From assembly GCA_963924565.1 (NCBI GenBank), contig OZ004607.1, forward strand, positions 29,946,001 to 30,010,000: 64,000 bases of DNA, written 5' to 3'. Made by a program: the position numbers and the translations under genes. The notes under the pieces are model-generated. The model worked only from the letters and a program-made list of their open reading frames with translations. It was not told where the DNA came from and made no database searches. Below, one piece after another: positions 38,809-51,400 of this stretch. How positions within the stretch are numbered: position 1 is the stretch's first letter; every line of letters begins with the position of its first letter. The DNA comes from Ascidiella aspersa. Its lineage: Eukaryota.

Positions 38809-41800
38809 TTACACAAGGAATCCATCCACAAGAGGATCATCTGCTTCCATTATAAACTGATGCTTCCCTGTGCAATAAGCACGACCTTCTATTTGTATCA
38901 CAACGGCGTCCCTGCCTTCCAGTTTAACTGAGTGTATCGGTGTAGCTGTTGTCCTAAAAACCAAAAATTAAAAAAAAAATGAAACACACATTTATAACGT
39001 TTGTTGGTCCCTATTTTTTCTCCCCTTGTTAGCCCCTTTTCTGTAATTTTATACTGAAAATTAAAAACCTGGAAAAGCTTTCGCACAACTGTGCTTCATC
39101 GGATTTTCTACTTTGGCCTAATGAAACGTTACGCAAAATCGTGTCAAGATTTTAATACAAATTGTTGGTTATTAGTGTCACCTGATTTCCAGATATTTAA
39201 AAACAGTTCTTATTTAGTGAATAACTATTAAACCAGATTACACTAACCGCGCTTCTTTTACAGTTGTATTGATTATAAACGTTGAAAATAGAAGAACTCA
39301 TGGGTGATGCTGAGTCAGCGGTTTTGTGGGCGGACCATTACTCACCCTTGCATCGTCACCACGCTTGCGTAATTTCGCGATTCCCCCATCTTTAGGTCGC
39401 CGAAAAAGTGGTCGAATATCGTCCGAGCTGTGGTTCCCGATCCACAAAAGCCCCTGTTTACCTGAAGAACACCAAGCAAATCAATCGGCTACGAAACGGC
39501 GATCAAGTTGGCTAAGCCAGAGGTTCTTCAAACTGCGTCGCGACACCCTGGTGCGTCGTTTCAGATTTGTTTAAGGGCGTCACAGAACTATCTCCCCTCG
39601 TATCTGACATCAGATGCAATAAAATTTACCTTTAATGGTAGAAATTAGGTCATGGCATAAATTCATATAAGTCAGAGACAATTTAGTCAGGAGCTATACA
39701 GGAATTAGGAGTGTAACCTGTACATCTTTAATTGAGGTAAGTCTGAAACTGAAACAAATGGAGAACTTTCCATATAAAGGATCTATGGAAAAGCCGTTTT
39801 TGATCTCCGGCTAAATACCAACCATCGACACTCCACATACGACGAAATGAGTTCTACCCTCTTTACTTTGACCCACGCTGTCGTTCGTGATGATTGTTCC
39901 GCACATTTCCGGAGAAATCTAAACGAATATATATTTCCAGTGCGCGTCATTTAAATAAAAACAAAACGTTAGAACTATGGTAATGCAGTATGCTTTACAG
40001 CAGTATGCTTTACAGCAGTATGCTTTACATTAATATGTATATACGATTTTATATTAGTAGAAATTGGTATGCAAAATTAATACTTATAAACAATAATGAT
40101 AATAGCTTTTTGAAATTCCAAAGGGGCAAGTGTCACCCCTTGCTCCCCGTCGGGCGCTCATGGGCGGAATGTATTTGTCCTTATATTTTGCCCGAACACA
40201 CACAATATAACATAAATAAATTTAGAAATGCAATAATATTAAATAACATTTTTATTAAGCACGGTGTACAAACATCGATGGCTACAGGATGTTTTGGTCA
40301 GCCCTTAATAAAAAGTAGGATTCACATTTTTACCCTTTGTTCGAATCTTAGTTTTATGATAGTATACTGAATCGTCACATTGTAAACGTTATCTGTAAGT
40401 TCTATGCCGTTACCATTCTTTGTCATCCAGTGACACGGCAATGCAGCCAATATACACTGGAGAAAAAACAATGTCTCTCCCAAACAACGAACTTACCAAC
40501 TTATCGGCCTTCTCTGTGATTTCGTTCGCAATTGCAGTCATTTTCTGGGTGTCTGCTTTTTCGATTTCCAGTCCGAGTTGATTTTGAGAAACAATGGCGT
40601 AATTTCCGCCGCCATGCATAACGTTCGCTTTGATTTTTTGGCCCGAAGAAAGGGCGATTTCCAAATCTGGCAAAAAGTTGTGGGAATCGTTAAAACCAGG
40701 GGTGGGCAACGTGCGGCCTTTTTACATTTTTCGTGCGGCCCTTCACCTTCTTCCAGCTAATTTTCCCTAAATAAGGCTATGAGTGTGCACCATGTTCGGA
40801 CTTTGCTCTATCAGCTTCCTGTTTGAAGTGCGATGTAACCCATAAGCTACAGCGCTACACTAATGCTGTTGAACTCGAATAAGAAGCATCTATTACAAAA
40901 CAATCTTCATTCATAAAGTTTACTTGTATCACGTTGTTATGATAAATAATTGTTTTGACACAACTACACTTGTTTAGTATAGGGTCAATGTGTAACAGAC
41001 TTTTGCCACGCATATATACTGAGATGTTGTGTTTAACAGCTGGTTTTGAATTTTGGCTGTTAATTAAATTGTCAGTACGAGAAAGGCGTCATTGGAAACG
41101 TAGGAAAAGTTATTTCCGAATCACAAGTAGACAGCACTGACAAAACGCCGTAGTCGCAGCCTATAGTAGCTCATTAGTTTTTTTCTATTAAAAGCTGAAA
41201 ATATGAATTAGTGTTTATCTGATGTGCGGCTCCCTGTAAGCATTACATTTCCTAACTGGCCCTTGTTAAAAAGGCTGCCCAACCCTGGTTAAAACTATCT
41301 ATTTCTACGAAGGGTTTTTCGTTGTTTGCCGCATAAATGTTAGTGACAATAGTGATTCGCAAATTGAATTTGTGCTGTTTATTTTTTAGTTCAGGTTGAC
41401 ATAGTTCGCATCTTTTTATTTGTCATAACTTATGACTCATAAGATTTATACTAACATTCATTTAAAAATTGGTCATTCATCGTATAATTGTAGTTTTATA
41501 CATAGAAAAAATACGTCAACGTTAATTTAGCGCGCAAGCTTTACCAAACACAATTCCGGACATTGTTATTGTCATCCCTAGTCTTTGTATTCATTTTTCA
41601 AAGATGTCTATAAGTGTAAAATTAGGACATAGTGCAATTCGAAAACGTGGAAGCCGCAGATAAAAGTCTTTAACGGGCAGTTGCGATAATAATTAACCTG
41701 GAGCCAGTGGGTACGATGGGACGCTGTTAAATCGGACCTTGCCCACTTTGCCGTTGCTCCACTCGGCGACTACCTTCACCAAACCTACCGGACACTGAAT

Positions 41801-43054
41801 GGTCAGGGCTGTCTCAGGCTCAGTCGCCTTGACGATGCCGTGTTCCAGCAACCATCTGGAAAAAAGCGACGACTTTATTATTTCACTTTTTTTCTGTGGA
41901 CCTCAGGTTGATCCAATGTATGGATTTAGCCTTGTTTTCAGTAGTAATAGACCGATGTTGGTTGGACTAAAAACAACCGTGTAGTTTAACACGACTACAT
42001 TTTTCCTTAAGTAACATAATTTTGAAAAAATACATACAAAGCTATTTACCGTTTACCGTTGCCGAAATGACAATTTTTTCGGCCGACACTTGACTATACT
42101 ACGCGCTCTTTTTGTTGACTTTAAGAGGTTCAAAGTCGAATATTTTATTTGACCAGCTTGCATTGTCTTAGCACTGTGCCGATGTACCTATATTTCGGCT
42201 AATGACGGAAGATGACAATTATATAGTATAGGTCTACAAGATTAATTCTTGATTGCTTGGTGTGTTTGTTTCTATGTGACCTCAATCAAACCTTAGGCCT
42301 CGGTACTTGGCGTTTTTACCAGCCCGTGGACAACCTTTCACACAACATAACTGACCTTACATAGCAGATGGTGGCCTCCCCGCACATAGGAAGGTACATG
42401 GTCGCCGCCAGAAACACCACCCCTGCATCCGCTACATCCTCGTCGTGCGCTATCGGCATGACACCAGTCATGCACCGGTAACCCCGCGGCTCCCAGCAGA
42501 GGACCCTGAAACAAAACAGTTGCTCAGTTTTCCTGGAGCATTACACATCTCACTTTTGACTGCGGCGGTGCGCCTCGAGTGAGATTCGAACCGACGTCCG
42601 GCAAAAAAATAGCTAGAAAAAAAATAGTATGGCAAAGCTGGTCACTAAAGTAAGAAACAAACAACACTAATTTCAACTGTAATTTAAGTTATAAAGGTTT
42701 GTTCTCAAAATAAAAATGAAGTGAGAAGATTATTTAGCCGCCCTCTTCTTGCTGTGTTAAAAATATAGCTAATAAGTTGCCAAATGTTTCTCATAAAAGA
42801 CGCGAAAAACTCTACTATAAAATGGTTCTTGAAGCCGTTGCGAAAACAAGCCTATCGTGACCACGTGGCAATCGACTCCGCCAAGCGTAATACTTTCGAA
42901 TATAGTCCATCTTGCTCTTGACAAAATCCAGCCTCTGTTGAAAGGAGTCGCCTTGGATCTCAGGTAGACCGCTCGTGATAACCCTCATGGGTGAACCACC
43001 GCAGTGATAGTCGATGGCCTCCAGCGTCTTGACCGACCGACCAAGTACACCCAT
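38809..43054 (-). CDS. Proline racemase / hydroxyproline epimerase / L3HYPDH-family enzyme, 331 aa, divergent active site; exons 43054-42894, 42505-42356, 41855-41698, 40666-40497, 39918-39823, 39461-39346, 38953-38809
   Basis: All introns GT-AG, phases consistent, 996 nt open. Family landmarks: DYHCGGSPMR, EPRG, YLPMCG, IQCPVGLV, VRFNSVPS, GGGNYA, CGSG and C-terminal EADDPLVDGFLV. Confidence 0.92.
40697..41287. mobile_element. hAT-type MITE in intron 3 of the intact racemase-family gene
   Basis: Ends CAGGGGTGGGCAAC / GCTGCCCAACCCTG; TSD GTTAAAAC (40689-40696, 41288-41295). Confidence 0.85.
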
Positions 43055-44314
43055 CTTTATTTCTGTTTACGATTTTCGAGCTGTTGACCGTAAATAATTT
43101 CTAATCAGTCTAAAATAAGGCGGTTATCCTCACTCTGTGACACTTAGGAAATCCTTTGTAATATCTATGTGCCTATATAGTTGTAAGGCAGCGGATTCCG
43201 AACTAGGGTCCGCGGACCAACTGGGGTCCGTACAGCAGTTTTAGAGGGTCCGCAATGAGAATTAGTCTCTAAAGCTTTAAATCATTTTCAGAGGGTTTGC
43301 AATGTACAGCAATAATTGTGATTCGATTATAAAGCTTTCTCGGGTACATTGATGAGTTAATTGCAGCAAAACAAGTGCACCCATTTATATATTTTGTTTT
43401 GTTTCGGTAAAATAGTAAATAGGTTTAAGACAATGAAGATTTTTTATGTCGGATTTTTTAAAACATTTCCTTTCCTGGCTTCAACTTATAACTTGCTAAG
43501 ACAGCTGCACTGGCTATCAGCCTACAAGAGCAAGTGTAATAGTCCCAGACCTGGCATCGAACATAAGACCAGTAACATTTTATTTCCAATTGAATAAATC
43601 TCTACCTTCTGTCGAAGTAGGCTACCTAAATTACACAACTCCACGTGCTGCAACCTTAATTGAAAAACTTGGATAGCCGTTCTGCAAGAAAATGTTGACC
43701 TAGCGAAACGAAAAAATTTCGGTCCACTGCCTCGCAGTGCTCATATGCCTTGTTTGAAATTTTAGACTGAAAGGTAAATATTACTACTTCAAAGATTTGC
43801 TCATGGTCAATACAGTTTTTAAGACTCTGTTGACATTAACGTGGCGATCAATGTAGGTACAGAAAAAAAAAACACGCTGATTCATTTATTTCATGCACAT
43901 TACAAGACTAATTTACAAAACATCATATATACATAAGCGTACACATTAGGTTTCCACTTTTTGCCAAACAACTACCTTCGTGCCGCAAGGTCATGTTGAA
44001 CGATTAAAATTCACTTGGTACTCTTTCACAAAAAATCTAGACCGACACATGAACAAAACAGCAATATGGGGCAGGAACTTGCGTAAGATGGCATGAATAG
44101 GCTTTACATAAATTTTACTGAAACTGCGTAGATATACCGTTGCTAACTCGTCAGCAATGATATTCTAGTACGCGGTCAGTTAAATAATAGGCAATTGAGA
44201 AATGTTTTACACAGATCAGAGCATCGTTTATGCGACGGTTGTTTCGCACCTTTTTATCATTCTTTTATGCGACTAAAGTGTATACAAACGGGTGTAACTG
44301 ATGTGGCCTTTATA

Positions 44315-44352
44315 TCACTGATGATGGCATGAGCATTTGCCGAAACGTTTGA
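44315..44352 (+). ncRNA. Candidate minimal type I hammerhead ribozyme (Penelope-like element remnant)
   Basis: TCA-CTGATGA-T-GGCA(TGAGCATT)TGCC-GAAAC-GTT-TGA: both conserved core boxes, paired stem II, palindromic AACGTT stem III, but only a 3-bp stem I. Confidence 0.55.
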
Positions 44353-45518
44353 GCAGTAAAGCATGTCGCTTTTTACGTCTATTTGGGCCGTTATTTTCAC
44401 CATTAAACATGAATAGATCCGTATATAGTGTTCCAAAGATCAGAGCATGTTTTCACACTATACCAGTTTATCTTTAATTATTGGGTTGGTTAGACAGCAA
44501 CAGCATACCAGTCATAGTCGTTGGTAGGGGCTAGGGATGCCCCATATTATCGGAATGGAGACGGTGCCTCAAATGGTACTAGCCTAACGTTACACATTCA
44601 ATGATATGATCGTTTTGATGCGGATCAGATACCAACGATTTAAAAGCTTTTTTGTAAAAATTGAACGATAAATTTAAAAACAACTGAACGACGAATTTTA
44701 AAGAGCTTACTATATATTTTTTTTAATTTTGTAAACTATATATGTGCATTTTTATTTGATTTTGACTTTACAAATTTTTGACAAATTTTGACCTAACGTG
44801 TAAATTTTGACAAAATTTAAGTCAAAAAATATTCGCCCTATACTTATCACTGTAACAACATAATTTTGTATTGAGTCGATGTGACTTTAGCCCCAATATT
44901 GTCTTGGTAACGGGGTAATACTCGAAATATCCCATTCATAAAAATCGTTTTTGCTTCGCAGGCTTCAGATAGAACATTATAGATGGAAAGGATACCGCTA
45001 AATTATTATTTAGCTACTGTTATGCTTTGTAAACAAATAGTAGCAAAAGTATCGAAGTTCGACAGCGATTAGGACAAAACGGGTCTGATGTGTATTTATT
45101 TTCAAGATACGCCATATTTGATTGCGTTATCTAAACGTAATATTTGTCAAAATGTACGATACCAAACGATTTTTCTTTAGAATTAAAACGCATATACAAC
45201 GACAGTTTAGTATTTTCTGAGAAATTTACTTTTGTGAAGAAGAAAAGGCTTCCGACAGATCGCGGCGCCATGTATTGGTAAATAAATGAAATAAGAATAA
45301 AACTAGTAAAATATTGCACCGATAGCACCCTATAGTTTCGAACAAGTACAGCGAAAACCAACGCAAACTCACCGAATCTGTCGATCTATGATGCAAGCAA
45401 GACAGGCTAGAAAAACAACTAGCCTGCAGTGAGATTAAGTCTGCTATGGCTTTCGATGTACTAACGATACGTAAGCTGTCATTGTTAGTCAAAAAGCAGC
45501 TTCAGAAGGGCTATAGAT

Positions 45519-45853
45519 CAGTGCTTATTAACCTTTTTCAGTGCGCGACCCACTTTTAATGCAAGTTTATTGTGCGACCCACAATGTGATGACCAAACGA
45601 ATAGAAAAAACAAATTAAGGATATAAACAACAATGTATACACGACACGTGTCGCACTGAAATAGTTAATGCGACCAAACGCATATAATTGTTACGTATTT
45701 TATTGCATTGTTGAATAAATTTTACGTAATGATAATGCATCACTTTCCCGATCTAATAGAAAACGGCAACATTTAGAAATGCTTCGCGACCCACCTAAAA
45801 TAGCTTCGCGACCCGCCACCAATGGGTCGCGGTCCATAGGTTGGAAAGCACTG
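45519..45853. mobile_element. Probable hAT-type MITE
   Basis: Ends CAGTGCTTATTAACCT / AGGTTGGAAAGCACTG with GCGACCC subterminal motifs; no clear TSD. Confidence 0.55.
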
Positions 45854-48449
45854 AGCCAGAAGTGGATTTTGTACAGATGTGGGATCAACTGTCCCAACAA
45901 CTTATTCGCCAGAAATATTTTAAAATATACCATCATATCAAGTTATGTCGAACTATGGATATAATGCTAAAAGCTAGCGTTACGCCTATAGCTTAATTAA
46001 ACGTTTTGTCAATTTAAAACAAATAATAGCATCGTTTCGCCTGTTGCCTGGTTACGTCATCAACCTGGTTACGTCATCTATAACAAAATCCATGCCTTCC
46101 CCTAAGAAAAATCCTAGATCCGTCCTGTTGTATCCAACATCTATGTTTACTATACTACGAAAAAAATGATTAAAATTATGAATTAATATAGTTTTTTTAT
46201 TAATCGCTTTAACAAAGATTTTGAACGGAGTACCATATTTAAAACCGATAAGCCCGCAAAAATGTACATTGTAAAAGTTGGATAGAACATGGTAAAATAT
46301 TTTCCAACCACATATATGATGAGTTACATGCATTACCTATATTATACTTATAGGTCCTGTAGTTGGATTACTGTATATACACCTCATGGTGGATATGAAT
46401 AAATGGAATACAGGTTATAGAGACGGAGCGGGATTGGTGGATTTGGCAAATTTGCAGGAGTCGGACTTGGGGCTCGAGAAACGGATTCGACTTGCTATTT
46501 TTCGAGTCGGGCATCGAAGTCAGATTCGGGTTTTTTACCCAACTCCACAGCGGTGATTTTAAGTGCGTGAAATCTAAGTTTATTTTCGAGCTGTTCGTTA
46601 GTCATAGTATAGGGTTGTCCAATAGTTATGTGTTCTTCAGATGCCGATACCCGATATTTTGGACAAAGATAGCGCGACCCGATCCGAAAACAAATGAAGT
46701 CTTTACTCAAATAATTAAAACAGATAAAATAAAAACGTTGAAAAGAATTTTTTAGGTTTTCAGGTAAAATTTTCCTGAGGCGACGCCCAAACTCTATCAT
46801 TGCTGTCAAAATGTTGTCAACGAAACTACTGTTGTCGAATAGTTTCGCTAGGAATTTTCGAAGTCCAGTTCATTGCCAAGCTGTTCCTTTTAGCTTTCGA
46901 GTTGCGCTCTGATCGGTTTTGTGGCGCTCCGCTGCGTACGCGTGACGTAGCCTCCTAATTTGAAAAAAACAGTTTTTCAGTTTCCGTTGCGCTTTTTTTG
47001 CATAGAACAGTGCTTTTTAGCCTTTTTTGGTTTGGTGAACCCCTAAGCTTGTTGTTACGAACTCATGCACCCTGTTTACTTCAAGGCTAAACTGAGGTAA
47101 AAAACAAAATGAAAATTCATTACGCTCATCCAGATTTAATTATTTCAATTGAACCAAGCGGAGCTGCAGAAATTTCGCACACCGATTATAACTGCAGGCT
47201 GCTTGCCAGGACTATTCCATGTCAAAAACAGCATTCCAACAAACTTAACAAAATAACAAAGAGACCATTTTTTTGACCATTTTAACATGAAACCTACATC
47301 TTTTTTGTAATATCCTGAATGTCAAATATTAATGGCACATTAAAAGTTTGTGATTGCACCCTTGTATACCTTTCGTACTGGTACACCCCATGCATATTTT
47401 GCACACAGGTTGTAGAGCATTGGCATAAAAAACAATTGCATGTCTAAAAATAGTATTGCTTTAAATTGCCCAGAAGCCGATATGTACGCACGTGAGACTT
47501 TTAAGAATGAGTCTCAAAAACACAACCCTTAAGTTAAAATAGCGTATTTGTTTTTGATAGCAAATCTCGTATCGTCAAAGGCACTGGTTGCATTTCTTAA
47601 ACAAAATATTTTACCAGGATTTCGAAACTTAGTCTGTAGCAGTCTAACGATCCTTAAGTGTGAAACGAGGTTCAAAACTCATTAAATCTGCTAATTCGGC
47701 AAGTTTTTTTTTAACGCCACGCCCCCTAATTTAGGCGACGACTTATCCTTTGGACAATCTTGAAACTTGAAACGATTCGCATCGTTTCACCCCCGAACTG
47801 AAATGCTTACGCAGCAGAATCCAGGTCGCGGTTCGCTGGAAAGCGAGTGACGTCTGGGGCATTTTTGTGACACAGCACTATTAGCGCCCCAACTTTGTTG
47901 TCGACTCAGCAGAGTTTGCGAGAATGGTTCGACATTTTTCGCATCTGCGGTTGAAATCTTATTAAGCAAGTAGCAGTTTTTACGTAGAGATTGTTTATAA
48001 ATTCGAATCTAATTGCCTGTAAATTGTTCGGATACAATGTTTAATAATTTTTAAAACGTAGATATAATCAAGTATTTTAATTTTCGGGAAAAGGGGCAGG
48101 CTATAGCGTATAAAAAAAAGATTATTTTTTTGGTACCTCTTGCTAGTAGTATTCGTTTTGCGAAATCACAGTTGTATTATTTTATTGACAGGTTATTCTT
48201 TGAATAGTTGGCACCTCTGCTAAATGAACATTTTGAGTTACACCGAAAAATATTGTTCATATACAGTCCAGGCAGGATTACCTTTAACAAACATTCTTAT
48301 AATAACTTGGATGGGTTATCAGCAGGGGAGTGCAAAAAATGTTTCTCAGTTAGTTTCATTCGTGGCTATGTTTTATACTCGTTTAACGTTACAATATTTT
48401 ATACTTGTTTTCAGTTTTGTTTAACATTGTTGCTTCACTTGCGAACAAC

Positions 48450-51400
48450 ATGGGTGATGTGGTCATCAACGACGGTCAAAGTAATGGCAAAAAGTCTTTG
48501 TACCAACGTTACAAAGAGTCGAGTTACGAGGAACTCTACATGAAAGTCTTCCTTCCGATTTTTTGCGAGTTCGCAGCGACTTTGCTGCACACCTTTTGGG
48601 GCTCGTTGATCGGCCCACCAAACCGACCGGACGTGTACGAGTCTATTAACAGGTATCTGCTGTTTTGCGTTCTAGTTTTTCTGTGATTGCGCTGTTTAAG
48701 TTTAACTAATTTGGTTTCTTTTCGTTGCTAGTTTTTTGTTGTCTTCGTTCGCAAGTTCGCTCGTTGTTTGTTCCGAGATAGTAGAACATGTGGTTAAACT
48801 TTTGGTTCTTTTGAGTTCAGTTTGCAGTATTTTTCGCGTCGCTGATCTTGGTACTATGAGGGTGTTTTGGAAATAGAACACCGCCGCTGTTGCGTGGGTT
48901 TTCTACGCGAAACTTTGAGTGGCAAAAACACGATTTAAGCGGAACCATTAAAAAAACGAAAACTGGCTCAATCGCTTCGTGTACGGTTGATGTATTTTAT
49001 AGATTGATAAATGTGCAGCTCATATATGTGGTTAAAACAACAATTTAGCCTCAAGTTAAAAACGCACTTTGAATAAATAACTTTCGGTAGCCTTATTAAA
49101 ATTAATTAGTAATTGAAAGAATATTTAGATATTTATCCTAAGCAATAACCAACTTTATTCTGCTTGTATATACTTGCATGTTTTCTATAGCCAAGTAAAT
49201 GACTTAGTTCTTCGCCTTCTTTTATAGATGTGCAAAACGCCTAAAATAAAAAAAAACTTGTAAAAATTAGTACAAATGTTTTGCATAGAATCTAATTGCA
49301 AACAACTACCATAATAGTGTATCTTCCCTGGGTCATAATGATTAGAGATAAAACGTAAGCGAAAAAAAATAATAAAGTCGAATATAACTTAATTTGAAGT
49401 TATTTACTTTTGCAAATGCTTTGGCTATTGTACTAAGTAGTGATACTTTTACCAATTTTTAATCGTCATGACTCACCTGCGCTTCAAAGGCAACAATTAA
49501 AGGCCATTAAAACAGTGAAACAAAAACCATTATGTGTACCCACAGAACCATCCTTCCAGGCGAATACGCCGCCAACTATGTGGTGAGCACGTTGACTCCA
49601 GCACTCCAGGCAGGATTCGCCGTGTGGATGATCATTGTCGTGTTCATAAAAATAACGTAAGTGTAACTGCCTGGACTCTTTTATTGCTGTTAAGAAAAAC
49701 TCGGGCTGTGGTTCTTAGGCTTTGCTTTATGAAGGCTATAACACCCCCGTGAGCATGACAAACAGCGTTAACTCCCATCTGTTTGTTTAATGGCCTGACA
49801 AGACTAAATCAAAACACTGGGAAGGGTGCCAAGGGGCCTTTTAATCTAAGACCTTTTAAGCTAAAGGAGTGTAGATGATGCCCAGTACAATTAACCTATC
49901 TAGTTTTACGGTTACGTGGCGTGCAATATACAGGCTTTTCAAAAGTCTACGATGTTTATAAATACCTTAGACTTATAAATAGTAAAATTTTGTCATTTCT
50001 TTGTTACGTCGGGTATAGATATATTTTATGAAATACTTTGCATCGCCTATAGACAGATAGATAGAGTGTGTAAAAATAACTGCAAAAACAACTTGTGTGA
50101 TTAATAATTCTCGAAAATGCGCTTTAAACTAAAAATTAATAATCCGCTTATAATGCATCACGTGCATGGTATTACATGTAACTTTTTGAGCGCCCAAAAC
50201 CTATTGGTAGAAAAGGCCCGGATATAAAAGGAGCTCCAGCGCTTATTCAATAACCTTCTCGTTACCAGAATCATCCAGTTCAACCCGATAATGTCGATGT
50301 CGTTCGTCATCGCTGGAATTCTCTCTCCCTACATGCTGGTGCCTTACGTGCTGGCACAACTATTTGGCTCCGGGTTTGGAGCGTTCCTTGCACAGGTAAA
50401 AACTTTTATATTCGGCAAAACTCTTTTTTGCGCCATGGCCCATATAAAATAGGTTTACACCAGTGTTGTAAATAACAAGTCATTATGACTTATTTCCAGT
50501 CAAGTCATTTGTAAAATAACTTAAGTCCAAGTCAAGTATTTTTGAATATAGTAATCCAAGTCCCAGTCCAAGTCATGGTTTGCCCAAGTCAATTCCCAAT
50601 CAAGTCATTATTAGAGCGAGTTAACTCCCTTCACATAAAAATAAAACTTTAAACTATTAGAATTTTTAAACACGTACATTCGTACAATTATGAGCAATAC
50701 CTCAACTAAAAAAATAAGAAAATCGCAACATGTAGCAAGCAAAAGGGGTGCAAACATTAGGGTAAATAACTCAATTTTATAAACAAAATACTAAATGAAA
50801 ACACCTCATTTCAACCCAAGTCAGTTTTCCGAAAGACTTAAGTCAAGTCAAGTCACTTCCGAGCCTGACTCCAAACAAAAAATAAAGTCGAGTCCTACCC
50901 TCGACTCCCAAACCTGATTCCAGCGAAAATAACTCGCCTCCGGCTCCGACTCCACAGAATATATATTCCACCCACCCCCAAGACTAAAATATAGTGGATG
51001 TAGCCTACAGCAGGGAATGTCATACAACCTTCCTCTACACCCACAGAATTTGAGTGGAGACTATTCCACGTCACCATTCTATTTCACCTTTTGATGGTGC
51101 TGGCCTTGTCGGCTACAAACTTGCTAGTATAAAAGTGCACGCCGATAACCAGTGCGCGTTGATTTACCGTTTCGACGACAACGTATAACAATTTTTAACC
51201 CAAAATAAGCAAATTGATTAAAAATGTTTATTGTTACGAAGCTTAAACCTATAGGCGTAAAAAAGCCTTCGGCAAATTAAATATACTAACTGTGCGATTG
51301 GAGCCAACTTCGCCTTTAACGATAAAACAAAAAAATGACTTCGCCTCGCATAGCCTAGATCTAATTCTCGACCAAATTGATTTCAGTCGATCAAGGGCGA

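Noticed and set aside
38809-43054. Bacterial contaminant or recent horizontal transfer of a proline racemase
   Set aside because: Six spliceosomal introns shared with the paralog and L3HYPDH-like segments; ancient origin cannot be judged without a tree.
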